Assembly (NCBI GenBank): GCA_016748015.1
Contig: JAAOMT010000586.1
Coordinates: 476,293-540,292, forward strand
Length of the DNA: 64,000 nucleotides
Direction of reading: 5' to 3'
Origin: Geosiphon pyriformis uo1
Taxonomy: Eukaryota > Fungi > Glomeromycota
Shown piece by piece: positions 12,586 to 23,669 of the stretch. A program made the position numbers and the translations under genes. Positions within the stretch are counted from its first letter, which is position 1. Every line of letters starts with the position of its first letter. The notes beneath the pieces were generated by a model. That model did not search any database. It had not been told where the DNA came from and saw nothing but the letters and a program-made list of their open reading frames with translations.

Positions 12586-13357
12586 TGTTACTCATAAAAA
12601 GAAAATAGCTATGGAAAATAGCAGACCAATAAAAAAATAGTATTTAGCATGTGAGCACATTGCTCAGCAATGTGGAGCAATGTTAGAAAAGTAGAGCACA
12701 TTGCTCAGCAATATAAGCATTACTCAAGAAATCATAGCACATTGCTCGGAAATGTGAGCAATCTTGTAGAACATCAATTATGTATATATAGTGGTAGCAT
12801 TAGAAGAGAAAAGCAGAATCTTTTAGTTAAAAATCTTCAATTCAAAAATATTGAATAAATAAATTATTTACCTTCCAAATCCACTTTTTACTATCAACAC
12901 TTCATGTTGATAGCAATTGATACTTAACCACACTGGAACAATAGCTCTTGATCACAGCTATTAACGAATACTAACTTGCATATTGCCTTGGCTTATTTTT
13001 TTTATTTCTTGTCTTAATTGTTGTTATTACTAACTTTATTGAGAATTAATGCACGGGATACTGACATCAGGATATAGCACTGGTAAAAGACCCAGAAATA
13101 AGGGTAGAACACTTGATTGAAGATAGCTTACCAGGAAGAATACTGGCCATCAAGCTGAGAAAAAAATTGATAAAACTGCAGTTTCGGAAAGCTACAGATA
13201 AAACTATTACCACTGAATCTCTGTCTATTATACAAAAAACTCAACCAAAGCCTTCAGATAAACACACCTTCAAATATTACTAACAACATTATATCAATTG
13301 AGCACCAAGTTATAGGTTTGTTATTTGTCTTGAGACCCTAAGTAATCATCTGTAACA
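12586..13357 (+). repeat. Family B 3' LTR (~770 bp)
   Basis: TGTTACTCATAAAA...CATCTGTAACA; TATA-like TATATATA at ~12783, AATAAA at ~12855; similar to four other LTRs in the window. Confidence 0.9.
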
Positions 13358-13529
13358 ACGTGACTGGAGTTTTTAACTATAGTGGTCTGTTCAAAATATT
13401 AATTTCAAATCTTGCATTTGTATTATGTGTATGTTCAGGCATAATGCCCTTATTATTATCACTGAATTTAGTTAATTCCTGCTTCATTGTAAGATCTAGA
13501 AACATGATATATTGTTCAGTGTTTAAAGT

Positions 13530-13700
13530 GGAGTTTGAATTTGTTGTTGGCAGAGTTTAAATCATTGTTGTTATTAGTGGAGTTTGAATTGTTGTTGTCA
13601 TCAGTGGAGTTTGAATTGTTGTTGTCATCAGTAAAGTTTGAATCATTATTGTTATTAGTAGAGTTTGAATCATTGCTGTCATTAGTGGAGTTTGAATCAG
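13530..13700. repeat. 27-bp tandem repeat (~6 copies) encoding NSNSTDDNN-like units
   Basis: AGTGGAGTTTGAATTGTTGTTGTCATC repeated with variants. Confidence 0.85.
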
Positions 13701-13919
13701 GATTAAGTTCTGATTCTGATTTTGATTTGTTCTTGCTAATTGGCTCTTCTTTGAATATATGACACATGGAAGTAGATTGTGACTACGTTCCAATATTCTG
13801 ACTCAGAGCTGTTAAGTGAGTTTTGCTGATTTATTGGTACTGTGCAAATTAGGTTTAATTGGGTTATTAGAGGTAAGTTTCCTTGTATGATCGCAGGATT
13901 TGGAATTTATTGGACTTCA

Positions 13920-14400
13920 AATGTTCAGGTTTTTGAATAATTCCCAGAGTTTGAATTGCTAAAGGTTTAATAAGTTTTAACAAGTTTATCAAAGGTAAGT
14001 TTCGAATGTTTGGGGTTTTAATGATCAGGTTTTGAATAAACAAAGTTTTAATTTAACAAGTTTTTAATGAATTTATCAACAGTAAGTTTTGAATGTTCAG
14101 GATTTTAATAATTGGGTTTTGAATAAATGGAGTTTTAACAAATTTATTAATAGTATGTTTCAAATATTCAGGGTTTTAACAATCAGGTCTTGAATAATCA
14201 GAGTTTAATTTAACGAGTTTTTAATAAATTTATCAATGGTAAGTTTTGAATATTTGGGGTTTTAATGATCGGGTTTTGAATAATCAGAGTTCTTAATTTA
14301 ATGAGGTTTAACGAATTTATTAACAGTAATTTTTGAATGTTCAGGATTTTAAAAATCAGGTTTTGAATAATCGGAGTTTTAATTTAACAAGTTTTTCAAA
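13920..14400. repeat. ~78-bp tandem repeat (~6 copies), gag-derived
   Basis: Recurrent TTTATCAA(T)GGTAAGTTTTGAATGTTCAGG...GGTTTTGAATAA...GAGTTTTAATTTAAC units. Confidence 0.85.
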
Positions 14401-14531
14401 GGTAATGATGAAATAAGGATTTCGCAAATCCTAAGTAATTTTCCCTTGTTTTTTCTTGGTCTGCCATTTTCCTGCATGGTTGTTGTTGGTACTGGTTCTC
14501 TGTTGGATTATACCTAACAGGGAGCACCAAA

Positions 14532-15518
14532 TGTTACAAGTAATTATTTGGGGTTTTAAAACAAATAACAAACCCATAACTTGGTGCTCAATTAATATAA
14601 TTTTGTTAGTAATATTTGAAGGTATTGTTTTATCTGAAGGTTTTGTTGTGGAGTTTTTTGTATAATGGACAGAGATTCACTATAGTTGGTTTTGGTTGAT
14701 TTCCCAAGTCGTTTTCCTAATTTTTGTCTTCAGTGTGATGGCTGGTTTAATCTGGCAGTCATGCCTTTCTGGTAAGCTATTTATTAATATATATAATTCT
14801 ACTCTTATTTCTGGGTCTTTTACCAGGCTATCCTTGACATCAATTACTCAGTGTTTAATCTCTTTAATCAGTAGTAAGTTAACAAACAAAAGAAAATAAA
14901 ATAAAAGAAAAAAAAATAAAAAGAAAATAAGAAATTAGAAATAAGCCAAAGCAATTCAAGTTAGTATCTTGTCAATAGCCATAATCAAGAGCTATTGTTC
15001 CAGTGTGGTTAAGTGTTGGATTTTATCAACATAAAGTGTTAATAAATAGAAAAGTGATTATATTTTCAAACAAATGACAATAACATGAATTTAAAAAATT
15101 GGAAAGATCTTTTATTTATATAATTTTATTTCGGTTGATAGCAACTATCCTTGAAATGAGGGTTAATAAATAGAAAAAAAAGAGGATTGTTCTAAATTAA
15201 TAAAACTCTATTGAATTCTCCAGTAATTATTTTTTCTGTTTTTAATACTCTTGCTATATATATATAATTTATGTTATATAAGATTCTGCATATTTGTGAG
15301 CAATGTGCCATAATTTCTCAAGCAATGCATACATTGCTAAACAATGTGCCTGTAATTTTTGATAATATGTTTATTGCTGAACAATGTGCCATGATTCTCT
15401 GACAATGCTTTACATTGCTGAGCAATGTGCTCACATGTTAAATACTATTCTCTTATTGGTCTATTTTTTCTATCTGTTTTTCTTACTATTTTCTTGTATT
15501 CTTTTTCTATGAGTAATA
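14532..15518 (-). repeat. 5' LTR of element C (B-type)
   Basis: Reverse-complement similarity to 12586-13357; the PBS follows. Confidence 0.85.
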
Positions 15519-18500
15519 TTGTCAACCTTAAGCTTTACCTTCTCAGGTTCTATCATCATTACATCATTTACCACTAGATGATCCAAGATCACTTTGCGAA
15601 ATGGACATTCCAAAACACTCTTAATCATCTGACCCTTGTCAGAACAGAAGTTTTTCATATGCTGTTACAGATGATTATTTGGGGTCACAAAGCAAATAAA
15701 AAATCCGTAACTTGGTACTTGATTGGTATTCTGGTGTTGATAATCTAAAGGTTTTGGTTGATCTAAAGGTTTTGTTGTAGAGTTTTTTATATAATGGACA
15801 GAGATTCACTATGGTTGGTTTAGATTGTTTTCTCAAGTTGTTTTCCCAATTTCTGTCTTCAGTGTGGTGGCCAGTTTAATCTGGCAGTTGTGCCTTTCTA
15901 ATAAGCTATCCATTAATATATATATAATTCTACTCTTATTTCTGGGTCTTTTACCAGGCTATCCATGACATTAATAACTCAGCACTTTAATCAATTAGTA
16001 AATCTGAAAGAAATAACCAAAAAAAAAAAAATAATAAAAAAATAAAAGAAAATGAATGAACAAGTAAAAGCAATTGCAAGTTAGTATCCTGTCAATAGCC
16101 ATGATCAAGAGCTATTGTTCTAGTGTAGTTAAGTATCAATTACTATCAACATGAAGTGTTGATAGCGAAAAATAGATTGAGATAATGAATAATTATTTAT
16201 TGATATTTGCGAATAGAAGGTGTTTTTAAATCAAATCTAAACTGGGAGGTTTCTAACTAAGGATTCTGTTTTTGTAATTTTAATAATTATGATTTGTGAG
16301 TCTAATTGATTCTATGAGTCTAATTGACTCCGTGAATCAATTGACTCTGAGTTTTATTGACTAATTTTCTAACTTCTGATACTACTGCTATATATATATA
16401 TTTGAAATTCCTCAATTTCTTAATTCTTCATGTCAAGAATCCTGGAATTCCTGGAATTCTGCAATTCTTTTAAGAAGAATTCTGGAATTCTGGAATCTTG
16501 CAATTCCTCTTATAAGAATCCTGTAATTCTTGGAATTCCACATTTACTACATTTATCTATGATTGGCTAATTTATATGCTAATATACTTCCTATATTTTA
16601 TGAGTAACAACACCAGTTAATAGTCTTTCTAATTTTAGCATCTTCAGCCAATTTAGACTCAAAATACTTAAACTTCTGATATTTTCTCTTTACCACCAAT
16701 AAATGCTTGACTAAATTACTCAAACCAACACTATCTAAAACCATGCCAACAATCTTAGATGCCTCAATGCCATCAATAGACATCCAAACCTTAACAAAGT
16801 AATCAAAATTCAGAAGATTACCAGAGTTCCAGCATCTCACAATTTTAACAATAAGCAGTTTCAGCTTATGAAATTTTGACAATTGCTTGTTTTTTGAACA
16901 ATTATATACACTATACCAGCTTTTAGAGAACATCTTAGTTGCAGTTTGCACTATGGCACCCTCTAACAGACTCCACATCAAATTCAAGTCACTAACATTC
17001 TGTGCGACCTCAAATTTGTCTAAACTGGCCAACAATGTAGCAGAAAAACCCTCCTTAAAATGTAACCACTGAACCTCATTAGCATTCTCTAACTTGAACT
17101 TCTATTGATTACAGTTGGTCTGCTTATAAACACTGATAAGATGAGTATCCAGAAGCCCACCCAAACCAATTGAGACTGAAACTGACTTATGATTTGTATC
17201 AAAAAATCCAAACATCTCATTGACTGTATGCAACACAACTGCAGATGCCAGGTTCTTACTTATAAAAATAAAATTTATAATTCTCTCAACACTCTTAAAA
17301 TTGTTCCAAGTAAGAGTATTGGCTAATGCATGTTCATTGAAAGTATTGACTAGACTCAAATCCAACCAGAACCTAAAACTAACACTCCTCTTAGATTCAT
17401 TCTCATTAAAATCACCACTCAGAATCACAAAAAAGCTGGAATTGACTGCTTTAGAAACCATAGAATTAATATCAGCAGCTTGGCCAAAATGCATACTGGT
17501 AGATACACCAGCATAAAAACCCAAGATTGTAACCAAAAGTTTGTTCTTAAACAAAAGGTGCATAAAAATTAAATGGCCAGAAATCTTTTCCACTTTTGAC
17601 ACATGTTGAGCCAAAGAATTGTCTATAATTACAGTAACTTCAGCACCACAAAAACCAACATCCAAACCAGTTGTGAAAACTCAGATGTTTGCAAACTTAT
17701 TCATAATTCAAGGCCTAATATTAGACCTCAATTTTGTCTCAGTAATAATAGAAACCACATTATCCGAATTCTTATGCCACCAAACAATATAATCCTGTTT
17801 AACCAAATTTGTCATGTCCCTAACATTACATATGACCACTCTTCAAACTAGCTTAATTATTGATGTGAACAATATACCAAGGAGCCTGTATTTACACACA
17901 ACAGATTTAACTTTCTCAAAATTGAGCTAATAGAAACTTCAAGAGCTACTATCTTTGATTCCAAACCACCAACTTTAAAAGTAAGAACTTTTGAACTACT
18001 CAAACTCAAATTCACAGTGCTGTATACAACATCAGAAGATGGAAAAGGAAATAAAGACAGTAAAATATCCAGAACCATATCAGCATCTGACATCAACACC
18101 ACAGAAGCAGAAACAACTGGAGATCCAACTTTGGAGACAGACACCAGAGGCACTAGCTCTATACCATCCAACCTGCACAATATATCTGACACTTGATCAG
18201 CTAGCAGTTCCAAGGAGTGTTCCAGTAAAGCCAGATGGTCATTAATTGAAGAATCATCATTACCAACCAGTATGTACCTTTTACCATGCAAAGTCCCACC
18301 AGGAGAAAAACCAGACTTAAAACTAAAATTGGAATGAGAACCACCTAAAAAAAAAAAATCAAGCAAAACCACCTGTGCCCAAGACTTGCCACCAAAGGCA
18401 GCAGGGCAGAAAATAGGAACATACTTTTTTGCATACAGTTTAGCCAGCTGAAAATGATGCACTTCAAAAGCAACTCTTTTAATGAACTTTTGATGCATAG

Positions 18501-19850
18501 TATTGGGTGTAGTTGCTATATCACATTTCAAAGTAGAATGACCAAAATGCTCACAATTCTCACAGTGAACCAAATCCAATCTAGTCCAAGAGAGTTTAAT
18601 ACCATTAAATATTGGCTCAGTACAATATGCAAACTTTAATGCCTTATCAGAATTGAAACAAACAACAGCACAACAGATTTTATTGCCAGTTTCCAATAAA
18701 CAATTAATGAAGCAGATTTTCTCACCAGCCTTCTCCAGAAGATGCCCAAGATTATGTGCTATTGTTCCCACAAGCAGAGTAAACAAAAATGCTCTAAACT
18801 GATTCCTAGATACCCAAATCTCATAATCACCTACTGTTTTGGCTACACACACAGAATTTTTACCAATCAGAAATGACCACTTTAAGGCCAACAAATCAGC
18901 TTGGTCCAATTCAGCAAACTCTACCACAGTTTTTTGCCATATTCCAATTAATTGAATCTTGATTGACTTAATTTTTCCAAATTCAAATACTGTGGTGACA
19001 ATCATGTCTTTAGGTGTATTCATGGAAATTTCTCTGATTATCACAGCCTAATCTGACCTCATTCCTTGTCTCTTAAGATTACTGTTTACATCAATCTCTT
19101 TTTCTTTAACCAATAATACGGCCATTTCTATGCTCTTTTCTGAAGTGAAGATAAATCTGATGATCTCCTTAAATTTTGAGGAGGTAGTGGCCCCCCCAAA
19201 ACCATTGACTGAAGAAAAAATTTTCCTGATGAATTGAGTCTTTGCTATCATTGACTTCTCATCTACAGTACTAAGATTGATATCAAGAGCAAAGAATTTC
19301 TTGGTAGACACTTCAATCTGAGTTTTAATAATTTTTGGGTCTATCTATTTTTTTTCTAAGAAAATAGGGAGGCAAAGGAGAAGAATAACTTTTTTATCAT
19401 CATCCATAACAAAATTAGGAGAACTGAGAGGAAAACCAAAAATAGCACTAATATCAATATGCTTAGCTTTGGGAGTATTGGCAGCTGAATTCAGAAGAGA
19501 CCCAACATTAATATCAGTTATGTCAACACCTTTTTTATCACCAGACAAACTATCTACATTAAAGAACACATTATCACTAAGCTCAGACTTGCTGAGAGAG
19601 ATATCTTTTTCATTACCTGAATGTTTAACGTTTCCAAGCACGACTTTCTTTTTTTATGAAAAAAACCACCTGCAAGGCCATGAAAAGCACCTTTTGGTGC
19701 TTTCTTTTTAGACATGATGCCACTAAAAACAACTTTCAGATTCACAAAGAAGAAGTTATTGGAAAGAGAAATTGTAAAATACTAAAAAAAATAAAAAATA
19801 AAAACTTCTTTTTTAGAAAAATGCTTTTTGAAGATTTGTGGAAGTAAGAA
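15519..19850 (-). mobile_element. LINE copy 1 (ORF1 and the APE part of ORF2), cut at 15518 by the LTR stack and interrupted by a solo LTR
   Basis: ORF1 ~19715-17857 has an RRM-like segment (FEFGKIKSIKIQLIGIWQK) and a CCHC knuckle (CENCEHFGHSTLKC). ORF2 endonuclease motifs CNVR, ILSGDFNE, FDTNH. Homologous to 45930-52790. Confidence 0.9.
15663..16609 (-). repeat. Solo B-type LTR with decayed 4-bp TSD (ATGC/ACAC)
   Basis: TGTTAC...GAGTAACA; the flanks rejoin the LINE ORF2 frame (KTIN..|MKNF). Confidence 0.9.
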
Positions 19851-22800
19851 AGAAAGAAGTTTTTTTTGCAATCTTTTTTTTGTTTTATATAAAGAGTTAA
19901 AAAGTATAATTAAAATTATTTAAAATAAAATTTTTGTTTTTAGTAAAGCTTTAAATTAAGTAAACAAAAGCAATTAAATTTAAGATTAAATATAAATTTA
20001 ATAATAATAATATAAATATTTTTGATAATATTTTTAATTTAAATATATTTAATTAGTTAATATCTTATTAAAAATATTAATTATTTAGTATTAAGTCAAA
20101 TACAAATAAATTTATTAAATAAATAAGTAAAATAATTATAAATAATAGTATTTTGGTTGCTTTTATATATGTTTAATTACATATAAAAAACATATAAATT
20201 ATATTTAATTTGGATTATTTAATTTAATATATTATATTAAATAGCAATTAAATTTGTATATTAAATAAAAAATTTAAAAGTTTTTTACCAAATATATATT
20301 TTATATCAAGTATTAATTTAATAATTTTTTTATTTAAATATAAATTATTAATAATAATAAATAAGTTTAAAAAAATAAAAATAAAACAAGCTTTATTATT
20401 AATTTAAAAAACCAAATTACTGAATTTAAAAACTATATAATTAAAAAAAAATTAATTGATTTGTTTTAAAAAACAAAAATTTTTTATTATTAAATTAAAT
20501 TAATACATAAATATAATATTAATAAATTTGAAAAAAAATTAAAACATATAATAATATATTATTATAAATTAGTAAGCTTTAATTTAATATTAAAAATTTT
20601 ACCAAAATACTAAAAATATTATATAAATCTATAATAATAAAAACAAAATTAAAACTAAATATTATAAAAAATTTTACAATTTTTAAAATAATAAAAAAAA
20701 AATCAATAAATATAATTAAATAATAATATTTAAAAAAACTTAATATTATTTTTAATAATTAATTTTAAATTAATAAAATTAAATAAAATTAAATAAAATC
20801 AAAAAAACAATCTTAATATAAATTAAATTAATTTTTATGGTTTTTATTAAATTTTAAAATAAAAAATATTTATTTAAAATATTTTTAATAACTTATAATT
20901 ATTTTTAAATATTAAAATTAATAATATTTTAAAGTCTGCTAACTTAGAACAATATGTTATTAATAATTTAAAGAACTTTTTTTCTGTTGTTGCTGCTTTT
21001 AATAACTAGTTTATATTGATAAAAAAGAACAATATTCAGATTTTTTCTCTTTTTAATAAAAAAAAATTCATTATTTTTCAAGATTCTTTCAAAATTAAAT
21101 TGATTAATCTTCTTTTTAATTGTACTGTTTTTGAAATTAATAATATGATTTTTTAGATTAGTAATCATATTTGCTTTATTCCTTATTTTTCTAATTTGTA
21201 TTATTATTAATACTTTATTATTGTTATTTTCAAGTTTTATAAAATATTAGAGCTTATTATTGTAAAAACTAATACTTTATACAAGTATTATATCTGATAA
21301 AAACTTTTAAGTATTGTTGCTATTACAAATATCAAAGTTTAAATTATTTGTCTGCTAATTATAAGATGTTTTTATTTTTTTTTAAGTTATTTTTTAAGTT
21401 TATTGTTAATTTTAGGTCTTTTGTGTTTTTTTTTGCTGTTAACAAATTTTATACTAAGACTTCTGCTTTTTTGGCTCTTTTTTCTGTTGTTTTTCAGGTT
21501 GTTTTTGTTGTTAATTTTTTTGTTAAGTCCAGAATAAATTTTTTAAAAACTCAAAATTTTAATTTAACTGTTCTATTAAAATTTGTTGTTAAATTTTTTG
21601 TTTTTTTGTTTTTTTTGGTTATTAGTCTTTTGAATAAACATATTAATAAGGCTTTTTAAATAGAAAAAAATCTGTTTATTATAAAATATACTGCTAATAA
21701 TTTTGTTAATTTTCTAATTAGTATTTCTAAAAATTTTGTATATCTTAAATCTAAGATTAAATTTGATAAAATAAATTATAATAAAATTTTAGCTATAAAG
21801 CTTTTTTTGTTAAGTAAAAATATTATTAAGCATATTATTACTTTGTAATACATGTTAAATACTAACACTAAATTGTATTAGATAATAGTTGAACTTTATT
21901 TGTTAAAATAAAATAAAAAAAGTATTTTAATTTTTAATTTTAAGATTAATTAATTATTAAAAAAATATATATAAAAACATAACTTGTTTTACTTATAAAA
22001 TTGATAAAATAATTAAAATTTAATAAATTAAGCAATTTAATTATATATTAATTAAAATTAATTTTAATAAACATAATAAAAATATTATTATTATTTAAAT
22101 AAAAAAAAATATTGTTTACAATTAAATTAAAATTGAAATTGGATATTGTAATTATAATTGTAATAAAATTAGTAAAAATATTAAAAAAACCAAAAAACCC
22201 AATATTTTATTTTTTACAAAAAAACATGTTTTAAATTAAAAGTAATACCAAAAAAACACTTTTTTTAATATTTTAAAAAGATTAATAATAGTAATTTTTT
22301 TATGCTAATAATAATAATAATAATTATAATTATATTAATATATAATTTTAATTGGTTATTTAGAAAAAATTTTGTGTAAAAAACTTTTATTTAAAGCTAA
22401 AAAAATGGCTTTTTAATTGCCAAAAACTATATTGTATTTATATTTTTTCTAAAAAATAGTCCAAAAAAATATTAGTTAATTATTTTTATTTTTTAAAAAA
22501 AAATTTTTATGAATTCTTTTTTAAAAAATATAATTATTATTAAACATAAATTAATAATTAATAATTGATAATATTAATATATTTGTTAATTTAAAATAAT
22601 TATAAAATAATGTAACGCAAAAATATATATTTATTATTATTATTATTATTATTATTAGTATTTAACGAGAAAAATATATTTTTAATAAATTTGAATTTTA
22701 CAATAGTTGTAATTTTACAAGTTATTTGATTTATGATTTTAATTTTTATTATTATTGTTACAGTTAATAATTTTTTATTGATAAAGTTGATAAAATAATT

Positions 22801-23030
22801 AATATTATGTGCAATTAGTAAATTTTAAAATAATAATTAAGATAATTTATTATTTAAATATCAATTGAAATATTATTATTAATTATTTAATAGTTTATTA
22901 TTTTTATAATTAAGATAATTAAAAATTATATATATATACATTATTGTGTTCACATATCATTATTTACAACCATTATATTCTTCATTTATGTGTTCATTCT
23001 TGAATTTTATGACACAATATTTTATCTAAC
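19850..23030. other. Extremely AT-rich tract, probably terminally mutated TE relics (LINE-like remnant at ~21250-21900)
   Basis: Very few G/C bases; residual T-rich coding-like pattern resembling the mutated LINE at 53370-56750. Confidence 0.5.
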
Positions 23031-23669
23031 GAAAAAAAATAAAGAATTATGGATCAGGACACTATTGCGGAAATTTGAGAAAGAGCCGTTGGATATAATG
23101 GTAGACAGGTTCTGGTTGGTTGTGTTTTTATCCTAATTTGTGTTTTTTTTTTTTTTTTTTTTTTCATACTCATTGGAATCGTGACATAATAAACCTGACT
23201 ATATAAGTTTAGTCCCATGTGGAATTCGTGAAAAAAATCGGGACATCCGTTTATAATTAGTGAAATATGGCGCCTAAAATTTAACTCTCATGCAATAAAA
23301 ATGAGAAATTTTTTTTTAATAGCTCAAATTTATTTCGGCTAATAAGAAAATTTTACTGATCTCAAATTAACCAGTCCCCGAAAGGTTTAAATTACTTTTT
23401 TCTAATAGAAGTGTTACATTTGATCTAAATGCCAAATATTCTCGCGTTGAAGTTTCCCCCCTATAAATGACACTATTTTAACCAAAATATTTTTCATGAG
23501 AAAATTTTCAAAGGTCGCGCTCATACATATTTTTAAAAAAAAAATTTATTAAAATTCGTGGCACAACCATTTAGGTAATACCAGATATATAAAATTTTCG
23601 AGTTTTGACCATAATCATAACTTTTTTCTGCGCTCCAACCTCTGTTTTGAATATACATAAGAATTCATT

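Larger units (their letters stand above)
3383..13357 (+). mobile_element. Ty3/gypsy LTR retrotransposon family B: gag-PR-dUTPase-RT-RH, INT, two extra ORFs, PPT and 3' LTR; 5' part cut off by copy A1
   Basis: Gag (KFTGEENNTQVWLNDVEKAI), protease LILDSGSVGSII (~5650), dUTPase, RT (KIRFCVNYRKLN, MPFSLMNVPATFQRLM, YLDN), RNase H (PVAYASRGLTPAERNY), integrase (HIGIDSV, AIDYLTKWPEA, TPFKLVYGR). Many stops. Confidence 0.95.
13358..15518 (-). mobile_element. Internally deleted B-related LTR element C: 5' LTR, PBS, gag start, tandem repeats and dUTPase start; interrupted by element B
   Basis: LTR 14532-15518, PBS TGGTGCTCCCTGTTAGG (14513-14529), gag-like start MADQEKTRENYLGFAKSLFHHY, then EEPISK...NPDSNS and FSDNNKGIMPEHTHNTNARF, homologous to 7020-7280. 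Confidence 0.8.

Noticed and set aside
16435-16545. Canonical heat-shock element
   Set aside because: GAA/TTC units are abundant but do not form three correctly spaced alternating nGAAn units; reported only as a U3 array.
20968-21659. ORFs in the AT-rich belt as real genes
   Set aside because: F/L/I/K/N-only composition typical of hypermutated relics.
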